Source: Phoronis australis
Taxonomy: Eukaryota > Animalia > Phoronida
DNA: 64,000 bases
Direction of reading: 5' to 3'
NCBI GenBank assembly: GCA_002633005.1
Contig: NMRA01000020.1
Coordinates: forward strand, 888,803 to 952,802
Positions within the stretch are counted from its first letter, which is position 1, and every line of letters starts with the position of its first letter. Position numbers and translations under genes: made by a program. Below are positions 36,191 to 48,820 of the stretch, piece by piece. The notes beneath the pieces are model-generated. The model was not told the origin of the DNA. It saw only the letters and a list, made by a program, of their open reading frames with translations, and made no database searches.

Positions 36191-39100
36191 CCAGCTGATC
36201 AGTTCAATAACTCGTCAAGTACCTGTACAAGGAAATGAACAAATCATATTAATGATCATCGCATCATCCCAATTAGTCTCATTCATTTCACTCGGCAATG
36301 CTTTGCAATTAAGACTTACCATCTCCTTAACACGGCCTTTCTGCCTTCGCTTCGGTAATAGGCCCTGATGTAGAGCTCGTTAGTAACCAAATTATCACTG
36401 AGGAAATATTTCATTTGAATTCATTAAGGATTAATGGACTGGTTTAATGGGGTTCCATTGTTCATGGGTAAGATTAATCAGTTTAGTTCAACGCGTCGGT
36501 GCGCTGAGACCACTGCAGAGAGTATGTTGTTTAGCCAACGAGGTAATAAAGAACACACAACATACTGGGCACTTGATGCTAGTCATTCCTTTTGGGAACC
36601 ATTGGCGTATTAAAAAACCACTACAAGCATCCCTGGGGCCTGCCTTCTTACACTCTCATTTATATACTGTTGACCAAATCTCCCATCAACGCAATTAACA
36701 CACTTCCTACCGCAACACGTGATTGCCAGTCTGCTCACTTATGACACAATAGGCTAAAAGCTATAACAAATTGCAATAAAACCACGCTCATTTCTGGAAA
36801 ATAATTGCAAATCTCATGTTTTTCACTGTTTCGAAGGCCACCAACATTCAGTGTTGCCCCCATTGTCAAAGCATCATGTAATCGTTCCTGTGGTATGTAG
36901 TAGAACTAAAAACAATTTATCTGACGTAACTTACATGTATCTTTCATTAAAAAGTGCAAAAATAAATGTCTCTTGTCCACCATATTGTGTCCTCTAATGC
37001 CGATGAGATTCAGTGTCAGGTCAATCTTTTCAAATCTTGACACTGACTGCGCTTTCACGAAGAACAACTATTTGGCGAAATCACCTACAACAACCTACTT
37101 TAATTGACATAAGTCGTTGCCCGGGTGGCAATATATGCCGTCAACACCGACACATAATGTCAGGGTCCGCTTCAGCGAGTTGAATGGTAATCTGCTTTCC
37201 AGGGGTTTTGGTACATAGACGGATCTAAAGTCAGGCGAAGGGAAGCCCAAGAGATTGCAAAAAAGCTCAAAACGAGGTTGTAGCAAGTTGAGCAGGAGAA
37301 ACATCCGGTAGGTGGTATGCGATTATGATAACCATGCCTGGAACTACCTGGAACTAGCCTCATTTGCAGATTTTATTTTACAAACATTAACATTTGGGAA
37401 ACTAAAGATGTGCTTTACTCCAGCCAACTTTCGGTAACCCTGTCTACTGGGACTCTGGACCGTTTCCGACCCCTTGAAACATACATTGTACACCTCATCT
37501 AGCCTACCAGAGGAGTCCTTCGCCGAAATTGTGGACTTCATCAAGCGTTCACCTGGGCCTACACGAAATATCGCGTGCGTATACAAGTACACGGCCATTC
37601 AATGTCGCTGACGGCAGACGTTTTCAGGGGACAATAATATTTGCCACCACGGTGACAGAAAATGTTGTCTCACTCGACAGATGTTTTCGCTCACGGGGAG
37701 ACAAGATGTGTCACAACAAAGCCAATTTCATGCATGCAGTCAATATCATACATGTACATGTTCACCGGTATCTCTGTTTACAATCATGTTGCACGGTAGC
37801 CAATTTCCTTCCTTACGAACGGCATCAGCGTTTTCACTTAGTGGCTACTTTTTTCTCAAAACAGGTCTTTTTCATATCGCGTAGACACTAGCTACTGATT
37901 CGAACATCACAATCATGCAGCCTACTTGCGTGTGACGGTAGAGTAGCACATGAAGGGCAACAAACCTCAAGCCTTCTACCAAAAACAACTTCTGACTTAG
38001 GTCACATGCTGACCTATAAAACGGAACTCTTTAGGTTCATTACTCAGATAAGAAACGATTCCTAAGCCGATTAGATCGCCAACATGTCACGGCGGGTTAC
38101 CTTTATCTGCCAAGGCGGTCTGGCCTTCAGGGTATCTTCAGGGAGATTCAGTATTGGCTCATCTTTTTCGTACAGGAAATTCAATCCTGCAGGACATTGA
38201 ATTTAAAAAAATGTTGCTAAGGTTTCTCAAAATAGTATGGAGATGGAGGTGCAAATATGATCCATGTTGAGTCATTGGTCAATGCTCACACAGTAGCGTA
38301 GCTTCGGAGAATCCTAAAAAACAACAGTGCATCGCCATGGCCAAACACTTTACGTGAAACTCTTCTTATAAGGGGAGGTAATTCATTTCACTTAGCGGAT
38401 TCTTATTTTTTTCCTCACGCAGCTAACTGTATTCATAATAATGTTGCAAAGGGTTTTTATATCGTAAACAAATATATTGTATTATCTACCATGCATGTGG
38501 TTCTTTGAGAACTTAGGTCAACTCCAATAGCACCAAGTACCTTTAAATAAAACATGGCGTCTTCTGAGCCACTATTGAAACCCTGTTGAGAGCACCTTAA
38601 ATGCACCCATCGGTAGCCATACAAAGTACATGTATCCTCCACTTGAAGAAACCCATCGATGACAAGTGTCAGTTCAACTACATGTCGATCGGAATTGTGT
38701 ACACGTCGAAAAAGACCGGCATGACGAAGCACACTGTGTAATATTAGTTTACTTATACAGTTCAATGGGTGCGACTTTATATTTAGGCCAAGTAGTAAAT
38801 TGAACTTGACTAGTTGTTCCATGTTGTGAATTTCATGTTTCGTTGTTTGGCACTCATAATGCTGGCGAACTGAAATCCTGTCGTAGACTGCGTAAAAGAA
38901 AAGTCCGAATTCATTCGTTTTTCTAGTGCCCTGAACTCTGCGCTTCGCAAGTCACGTGGAGAAAACGAAAAATGGAAGTAGTGTTTCGATTTTTGTTCCA
39001 CACGAGAAATCAACAATTGACCCTTCTTGGAGAAATTGAAAAATGAAAACTTAAAATATCGAAAATTGGCTTGTTTTTCTATTTTTTCAATTCCGTTTTA

Positions 39101-40925
39101 AAAGTAAGCCCATTCCGTTCTTTCATACATGTACACGGACCACTTTGGGATATGAAATACTAACACTGCCTTTTGCAACGACTGAAAAGCCCAATACACT
39201 TCTGCAAATGTTTTAAGTTTGACGACACACTTGCAGTACAATCCACGCCAACTGTAAGGTTATATAAGACCTTATGCTTTCAGCCAAATACAATTTTAAC
39301 TCAGTCATGGTATATAAGTAGAAAGCCTTTAAAACTTATTTTTTCACTTTATACCAATCTAGCACTAAGTGGGTCACGTGAACATGTTCTTTAGCCAAAT
39401 TTTGCCAAGATAAAAGGCTCATTCAAAATAAAGCAACGATGTCAACAACATGACCAAATTTCGTTTGATATAAATATTCAAGATAAAATCTCAAATCATC
39501 TATTACTTTTTTCGAAATTACCATTTCGTTTTCTTTTTATGTAACTTTATTTTTTTTCATAAAAAACACGAGTCCTATATTTGACAGCACCTGAGGCAAA
39601 ATTGAAACGTTCTAAAAACAATCTCTAATATTGTTTTGTTTGGCTAACAGTGCATAGAACGCACTATTTGAAAATTTCATTAGAATCCGACCAGCTATTT
39701 CTGAGATATGATGTTCTGAATTTAATCATAGTTGGGCAGCGTTGTAGGATATTTCAGAACCTTAAGGAAGTTCCAATTTCGGAGAAATATAACAAAGTCG
39801 AGAAAGTGATTTAAAGTGTCACGTTAGCCAAACTATAAAGAGTTATCTTTCCATAAAGGTAATTCCCCATTACAGCCTATTCAAGGGTTTAGCAGTTAGA
39901 ACACAAGTCACTCACCTGTCAAACGTTTAGTCACGATTACTAGAGATATGACGAATCTAACACAACTCCCCTGACTTTATAGCGACAGAGCAAGATACCA
40001 ATCGATAATTATTCTTATATCGCCGTCACGAAACACCAACACTAGTTTAATTAACAGATTGCCAATTAAAATGCTACTCTATCCTATCACCGCAAATAAC
40101 TTTCACTCGCTATACTTAAATGGAATTGATAAATTAATTATATGTGCTGCTAATCATTAGACAGGTTTTAAAAATTGAGTATTTAAAAAAAACTCGGGAT
40201 GTTTGTATCATTTTTCACTTCATGACAGCGCCCACACTGTTTTTTGGATATCTGAATACCATTATTTCAAAACTTGAAATATGAGCATTTCTGAAACCCC
40301 CAGTAGACATTAACTTATTTTTTAATTACTGTATGCTTCATATCGTGTCAGGTTTGCCTATATCAAAGCACATTCTGTTGTCACCTGTTACTTACCTTTT
40401 AAGGTAAGTAAACTTTTAAGTCGTTTAAGGATTCTTGCTTTGAATATATAACATGCAGAGGAAGGACCCCTGGAAAATTTGTCGTCGCATATCTTCTTGT
40501 TTAATCTGCACTTTTCTTACCTAGTAAAGTTTTGCTTCCGCTCTGGCGTGTACAGACATGTACTTGGTAGGCCCGCTAGTTTGCGCCCGCATGCCGTGAG
40601 GATTTACACTTTGTAAGAAGTAACCAGTGTTTAAGAATTTTTCAAAATAGGCTACATCTGTAGATCGCCCAAGGCTCTTAAACATAAAAACTTTGAAAAA
40701 AGTCACAGAGAAAACTTACAGTGCAGAGATCTTAAAAAGCTAATTTAGACTTTCAATGTCAAAGTAAACGATTTCTAGACAGGACTAAAATATACTGTTC
40801 ATGTCTCACACATAAGGGCAATATTCTCGATCGTTTTAAAGCGAAAAAATATCAGTAGATGCGAAAAAATTGTCAGCCACACCATCTACAACTAATTCCC
40901 TTCTTGGGAATGACCCGTTGGTCCT

Positions 40926-41670
40926 CGTGAAAATTTCGTCGCCTCTATTGAAAGATGTGTTGCTGGCTTTAACCCAGACAGCCTCTCCGAGCACCTCGCT
41001 CAAACCAAGAACCTCTACTCACTCCGCTGTGTCAAACGAGTGAACCGTGTGATTAGGTGATTAAACACTCCGAAGTTAGGTCACTGGCGGTGCTGAGACA
41101 CGCGCTTTCTTAGCGGTTGTTCAATTTCATCAATACACGAATCTTCACATTTACGTCACATTAGCTCCCAATGTGATACACCACTCCACTGACATCACCG
41201 CGCTGACGTTCGTCTTAGTTTAGCTTGCAAGAAACTACTTCTGAGCGTGCATTGTTCTTACACCATTCGCATTAAAAAATTTGCGTAGAACCTCGGGAGA
41301 GATTTTTAATGTACAGCACATCAACAGTGGAAAATGATCTGCACCCCTCACGACCGTCGCGATGCCGAAGATGGGAGACTGTAAATAGCCAATCAGGGTA
41401 ACCAGGGTAACCACAATTCTTCAGCGGCTCCTGTCAAATGTTCTTTCTCCGCACTGACCGCCTCAGCAGTGCCGACAGACTCGGCACGATGTGGACTAAG
41501 GTCAAAGATACTATATCTATAACTATAAAATCTTTGCTACTGAATTAAGGTATGAATAACGCCCAATCAATGCGCCAGCGGATGGTTAGAGCGAAATAGC
41601 AATAACTGGTCCCTGTGTGCCTTGCAATTGCTATCTATGAACACCGGCTGAGGGCGACGAAATTTTCGCG
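40926..41670. mobile_element. Possible non-autonomous TIR element
   Basis: 18-bp inverted repeat CG(T/C)GAAAATTTCGTCGCC with 1 mismatch about 745 bp apart; no ORF. Confidence 0.35.
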
Positions 41671-42540
41671 GAAACCAGTCAGTCATCAGTACTCAGCAGA
41701 AAGAGCCAGGCGACGCCGCAATGTCGGGAAATTTATTTTGTAGTAAGTTCCGGACGTTGGGATTTATATTTTTTGCATCTAGTTGATTCACCTGGATGAC
41801 TGATATTGTCCACTGATCGTCTAAAACATCAGTAGTTTTCCATAAACAATTACAAGATTCATATATCTTTGAAGATCGATAATAGGAAAGCATTATTATA
41901 CTCCAGGGTGGACATGTATAACTGATTAGAGTAGTGAAATATTGCATGTATTAGCAGTCGTAAACAAAGATTTATGCGATTTCTACTGAGTCCGCGTTCA
42001 ACTCATAAAACCCCGACAGGCTATCACTGAAATGATCAACGCGAACAGACTCAGAAAATTCCTTGCCGGGGTGCGGTCCCCAAGCCTCAGTCGGATGACC
42101 CTTATCTCGCGCTCTCCCGAATGCATGTCAAGTACATCGCCTAAAAATTATACACTTATAAATTACGGGTTTGAAAGAATCTTGAAACCCGGCATTAAGG
42201 GACACTATCGGTTTCACGGCGAAAAACGAATTTTTGGAAGTATAACTAGATATCATAGCCTTCTTGAAGTTACTTAGACCAGAGCTGTAACACAAGAGAA
42301 TCCGTTATTTGTATGATTTTATTACAAGTCGCCAATTGTCGACGTTGTCTGCCGGCAGACATTCGCTAAAATCAAGGTAATTTGTGGTGCTCTCCTGCTC
42401 TCGGCGAACTGGATCTCCCGCCTGCCTCTTCCATCGCCCTTCATCTAATACGTCTGCAAGGACCATTAAAACTTGACCATGCCGCCATCGAAACTTGTCT
42501 TGTTAAAGATTATATCCCGGGTCCAGAGTTGCCACGTAAG

Positions 42541-42638
42541 CATGGGCGGCGCACAATAGGGGGCTTGGGGGGGGGGGGGNGGGCGGGGGGGGGGGGGGGC
42601 TATAGCCACCCACTTTTTTCAGTGTTGCGCCGCCCATG
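42541..42638. mobile_element. Ultra-short MITE with CATGGGCGGCGCA TIRs and 5-bp TSD GTAAG
   Basis: Perfect TIR, flanking GTAAG on both sides; relatives at 44640-44704 and 49167-49237. Confidence 0.85.
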
Positions 42639-44639
42639 GTAAGAGTCGATCCGTGGAGACTAGTACTACGGCTGTGAACTGTTCACTATTTACGAGATCA
42701 GCAAATACAATCCATCAACACGATGTTAAACCGTGTCATAAATCATGCAATGACTGATCGTATAGATTTCTAAAACGATTTTAATTTCCCGCGCATTTCA
42801 CATTTTCATAATTATACCTATATAGACTATTATAAAATACTGATTATAATTCAGTGAGAAATAATGATCTTCAACGCGATGTCAAAAGACATAGACTAGC
42901 GGACAAGTAGACAGTGCTTTGAAGTGACATTGTTGACGACAGTGTTGTGATTGATCAGTCTCATGACGGATTGGAACCCACGACGATGGCATTCCGACGC
43001 TTTGCTAACCGTAGGGCTAAAACCCACTAACAAGACAAGGCCACCGCCTTCACTTTCAGATAATTCTATCCGTGTCGAGAATCGGCGATTTTCAATAAAA
43101 GCGTTGAAATGGCCCACGACTGCGAAGCACTAAGAGGTTTGCTTCTATATAGAGTGTTTATAATATTACATGAACGTGTATCATAGGACTACTAGATGGC
43201 TTAGCAAACGACGAATTCATTTGAAAATCATTTACTTTGTGAGTTAACATTCATACATGTAGCGTGAATTGTCTAACTCATATTCTGTCCTTGCTTAGAC
43301 CCATTCAGATTATCTCCACATGAAACATGTGCAGTGAACATTTTCAGATGAAAAATTCACATTATCTTGTAAGCAAAAGCTAAGCGATTATCACCGAAAT
43401 ACTCACACTTGAGATCTCGTGCATTTAAAAACGGGTCTTGTTTGTATTTTGCATCAAAACTAAAGAAATTATCTTTACTTGAAACGCTTATCCAACTGAG
43501 CTCCACTTACGTTTCAATGGTTCCACAGCATTTTAGACTCATTGCTCACTCCCAAAATGTGGCTTGAGCTCATGAATAAATAATTAAAAATGCATCACTA
43601 CATAAACCTCTTGGTAATAATTGCAGTAAAACGTGCAGGGCCTCGTCCTTTTAAACGTCATTGTTGTAGTGTAGAATCCATAAATCTACATGTATGCACA
43701 ACACGGTCATTTAAACCACTTAGTTAAATTAAAGTTAAACAATCTAATTACATAAAGCTGCAACAAGTTGACAAAACAGCACCCACAAAATGGAAAGTGT
43801 ATATTCTGTTCCATTGACAAGGTAATCTGCCGAGAAAGCTTTATTTCTACGGTAATACTTTAGAATTATTTTAAGGGAAGGCAGTTTGGATTGACATACA
43901 GTATGCCAAAGTTTGTTAAAAATTGAAGTAAAAGAAAATCTTTTTACCATTTTCAAACCTAAAAGTTGAGGCGGTCACATTGTTCTTCTCGGTTAATCAG
44001 CAATTAGCGTTTAACCTCATGCGGCGTTTTAAGACGAAAAAGCATTTACATTATCTTCTATTACCGGACACTAAAGGTAAGAGGCGTCAAGAGACTCTTA
44101 TTTTGATAACTTCTTCCGCTTCCTTAAGTTTTCTCGAAAACTGACACTTCACAAACCTGGAGACTTCTCAGACGGCACCAACAGAAACGTTTTGGCTCTT
44201 CACTGAGGCAGGACTTTTCACATTAAGGAACAAGTTCAACAAAGTCCCCGCTTCACAACTAATGTCATTACTCTAGTCAAGGGATAAGGATTTATTCGAG
44301 CGAGGTAAGTTTCAGCAATAATTGAATAAAAACAAATTCCATGATTAAAATTAGAAGAGAAAACTTCCTCAATTAGTATCCTACTAAGTTGCTCAAATAC
44401 GTCACCTCAGCAATGAATGCTGTCACTAAGTTGGCCTACCCAGGACAGTGATCTGCATCACTATGCAGAGGCCAGTCAATTGCAACGAAGCTAAAAATGT
44501 GCATCTCGCAATATGCACCTCAATTAATGTGAATTTGAGAACAATATTACAGTACTAACTTCAGAATATTCCATAATGCTATTTTGCAATAAGCACGAAG
44601 TCAGAACCTCGAACGAGCCCCCACCCCATTTGGCGAAGC

Positions 44640-44704
44640 CATGGGCGGCGCACCACAGGGGGCTGGGGGCTATAGCTCCACTTTCTTCAGCTGCGCCGCC
44701 AATG
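44640..44704. mobile_element. Ultra-short MITE, same family as 42541
   Basis: CATGGGCGGCGCAC...TGCGCCGCCAATG. Confidence 0.8.
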
Positions 44705-45209
44705 AAAGTGGGCAAAAAGGTCCACTTCAGAGAATCAAAACCCCGAAAAATTAGAAAACGATACAAAAGTCCAATAAAAAGGAAGGAACCACCAAAATTC
44801 GGCGACTGCGCAATTCATATATAGCTCTGAACGGCCGTGAACCTTAGTAAAAAGTCCACAACTTCAAAAATTCGAGCCCCCATTTTTTAGGCTGCAGTCG
44901 TAAACCAACGCACCCATTAACATACCAGTTTCAAAGTCAAAAAACGAACAATAGGTAAGGAAAACGACCAACATGATTGTTTATATAATTGAAAAATAAA
45001 TATTAGCCGTCTTAGAGATTTTAAATCGATGCACTATAACAGAAAATTGCGAATAGGTTTTCTTCAGCAGTGCGGCTTATAAAGCCACGGGCATAGATAT
45101 TCTGTGAATCTATTTTCTAGGCAGTAATTAGCTTACATATTACATATAAAACAGGATGTTTAAAGAAAGTAAACTCATACGGAAACAATCCGACTTCTAA
45201 ACTGATATT

Positions 45210-45367
45210 CAGTGGCGGATTTAGAAGGGCGGGCAAGGGGGGCACGGCCACGCTAAAATTCTCCCACATTCCATTTGGCAGTTCTGGGGTGCGAATGTCT
45301 GACGGGCAAAATCTTGGTTAACACTCTGCCCTGCCCCCCCCAACTCAATCTCCTGTATCGGCCCCTG
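45210..45367. mobile_element. GC-rich MITE (CAGTGGCGGATT...CCCCTG)
   Basis: Inverted homologue at 50413-50564; near-TSD ATATT/ATGTT. Confidence 0.75.
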
Positions 45368-48300
45368 ATGTTATCATGCAATTGTTCTTTTATCAGTCGT
45401 AAAATGCGTTTAGTGTAGAACTAAATTTCTGTGGGCAGTGGTACCAGGCTCCCGTTCAATAACGTTAAGAAACAAGACTTCGTGAGATTACGTGAGATAT
45501 TGCCGTGTATAGGCCTAATAAGGAAATACGCGACTTTGGCTAGAGTTTAGCATGCGCGCACCCAGCCACGTTGTGGACCCTTTTCTAATAAAAGAGCCCC
45601 CCCCTTGGGTGCGCGCATCGTTTAGCACGGTCCTAGAGTTTCTGAACGCACGCCAGAGAACGTAACGTCAGACGTCATGCCTGGCTTTGAATAAACGTGT
45701 GATATGTCTACTCTGAAGGTGAATCAACGAATGCATGCGGGGACGAAGTATGACGTTGGACAAGAGCGGGTAGCGAGAGAAATAAATGACGGAGTTTAGT
45801 GAGCTTCCTGGGTTCTGATTCGGCTTGCCGGGAACTGATAAGTCATGTTGGGGTTATTCATATGGCCATTCTGACGTTGCTCAGTGCGTGCAATTATGCT
45901 CGTTTGTTTTCTAGTCATCGGCTTCTGTATTCGCGAAAATTGTCGAGTTATATACTGCGAATGCTCTGTGTGAATGGTAAAATCTTCATGTTGTTGCCTC
46001 GTATGTGAAGTGACAGCTGTTTCCCACTTAGTTTGGATGTAAAAAATGTATTGATCTCATTGACACCTGATGTTTAGACTGGAAAAACGTTACTGATAAC
46101 CGTTGCATGAGGGCAGTTGCATAAGTTATAACTGTGTAGGTGGCGCTGCTGTCAAATCTCGTTGGAAACAATGGCGTGACAGCATCGACCACTAGCCACT
46201 AACACCACAACTCGGTTTTAACTGTCCTGTAAATAGTAACGGTTATAGAACAGTTACAACGATAGATGGGATTACAACCGGGTTAAGTGGTGTGAACGCA
46301 GCTTCAGTGACAAATGTAACAAATATGTTTTTAATGATATTTTAATTTTAATCACAAATAAAAATCCAATACATTGAAGAAAACTCCAAACGTCAAATTT
46401 AAGACATGTAAGAACATCACTACTCATTTGTGAACACAGCTCACCTGTAAACTCGGATATTACCGATTCTAACAACTCTTGTCCTCACTCACAAGACACA
46501 ATTTAGATACACCGATTACAGACCCCAAACGTGGTTCTGGGTTTATTCTCCACTAAAGTGCGCAACACAAAAAAACGGTGTCACAGGTCGAAAAAATTAA
46601 ATAGTCCAAAACCACTCCCGTTTTTTTAAGTCAAACCCAACTTTAGTATTGGTGGAGCCATGGACAATACAATTCTTTGTTCTAATTTGAACAGTTTTTG
46701 CACTGTCTGAGGCTTGAAGTCCCATTTTGTCGCTGTCACAACGAGGCCATAGTGAATTGTGTGCGTTTCGCATATTTTTGTGTTACCCTTTGCTGCCAGA
46801 TTAGTAAGGTTACACATTTTAGTTACAAATGATTAATCGAAGAAAAAATGTTGGTTTGAAGTCCGACCAACGTCCTTTTTAAATTCTGAAGAAAGTATAG
46901 TTGATACAAAAATCAGTCAAAGAAACGTTATGACTGCACATGACTCATTACAAGACGTATAATCACACTTTCAAACAATATGGTCACGCTTTTTTATTGT
47001 CAAAACATTACGTATTCAGGAAACAAAATCATTAATTTCATAGCTATTAACAGAAAGAGCTGCAGTGTCTGTGAAGTAGGCCTACCGGTACGAAATTCAA
47101 ATTGTTACCCAATTATTTTTATAGATACCGTGTGTACAACAGGATTGTCATCATCTTCCCGTGCTGCCGTGTTTCATTTTGGACGAACAGACATTGTCTG
47201 ATTGCGGATTTCCGCCAAAATCGAAAGCCTCAAGTGACAAAGCCGAGGGATTCAAAGCGTGATCAGTTACATCTTTGACGAGGTAAGTAAAGTTGTTGTC
47301 AGATTTAAAATGGGCAGTGGCTTCCGAAGCGATATAGCTTTCACAGCGTTAAGAAACAGTCCCATGTTTAGTGAAAAGAAAGACAAAACAGATACAGGGC
47401 TGCCGCTTCCGAGAATGAATCCGACACCCAAGAAGCAATTATCTGTCATGGGCGACGTCGTTTCAAGTCCTAGATCTGAAAACAGTGTCGACAATGGCGT
47501 ACAGAGCAACCAGGTGTCCAGTTCAACAGAAAACGAAGGCCTTGGGACATCAACGAGATCAAATGAAAACCTTTGCGTAAAGCTGATCTTTCCAGATACA
47601 AAAAGAGGGACATCCCGCAGGTCTAAGGCTCTCAGACATGCTAGATACAGTACACAGAAGATAGAACTTGAAGTAGAGAAGTCAAAAATCAAAGTAGCGA
47701 AGTGGAGACAACGGCCGTTCGCGGTTACGCAGGAAAATCAGGCCTCGCAATTTTGAAGATGCCAGTGCACTTGGGCCCGGTTGCATAAAACTTGCCATCC
47801 GGCGTATCAGGCCTTCTACGCCGGATAAATCCTTATCCGGAGTATAACTTCTTATACGTCGGACTAAGTTGGGTTGCGTAAAAATCGTACAGAGTTATCT
47901 GTCGTATAACTCACACTATCCGACATGTAAAGTTACCCGACCATCAGACCACGGATAACTTTTATTTAAATCACAATGAATACACTGTATAAATTTTGAC
48001 CAAGACAGCGGCAATTTGAGAGGTAACTTATTGATCCTCGATCTGAACAAATACACCGATGAGAGAAGTTTCGCTTTGGACGAGAAGCTATTCGTTTTAT
48101 TTGTGCCGGGTAAAGTGGATGAAAATATCAAGCCTGCCACGAAGAGAAATTTCCCTGTGCCAACTTTAATTCAAGTGTTGGTGCGCATAAGGTATCTTGC
48201 AACTGGCAGCTTCATGAACGTTGTCGGTGACACGTGCCACAGCCTGCACAAGTCAACAGTAGAAATTGTGTCACGCGTCGCATCTGCAATAGTTCTACCG

Positions 48301-48820
48301 TTCGGAATAGATTTGTAAGATTCTCTACAACCTCACAGAGGGTGAATGAGCTAAAGGCCGTTTTCTACCGAATGGCTCAATTTCCCGGTACAATAGGTCG
48401 TGTTGATGGAATACATGTTAAGATCATTGCACAGACTAAGAACGAACCCGGCTTCATAAACAGAAAGAACGATCACAGTATCAACTTAATGTTGATCTAC
48501 GCTTAGAAAGGCCTGAAGGTATTGTTAAACTTGCGCACCTTTATCAGCTACTTCTTATCTAGCAATTGGCTTTGAGTTTGACCTTTCAGAACAGAGTTTA
48601 CTTGTCAACGGAAGTGATTCTCGCTGAATCGGCACACACTCACGCAGACGAACTTCAAAACAAACGTGACGTAACAACAACATGTGCGTTCGTCCAAATT
48701 TTTCCCATGATGCGGGGTGCGATCTAGCGCAGAGTTTAGACTTGTCTGCGGTTAAGCCCGACTCCACAAGAACTTAAAAGGGATGTTATTTGGAAAACTT
48801 AAGGTGGACTTCATGTAATT

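Noticed and set aside
37200-37285. WYIDGSK, resembling an RNase H first motif
   Set aside because: Isolated heptapeptide followed by a stop, with no other RNase H or RT motifs.
47259-47756. 165-aa ORF as an independent host gene
   Set aside because: Lies inside the Sola2-type TIRs and appears to continue as transposase sequence after the Harbinger insertion.
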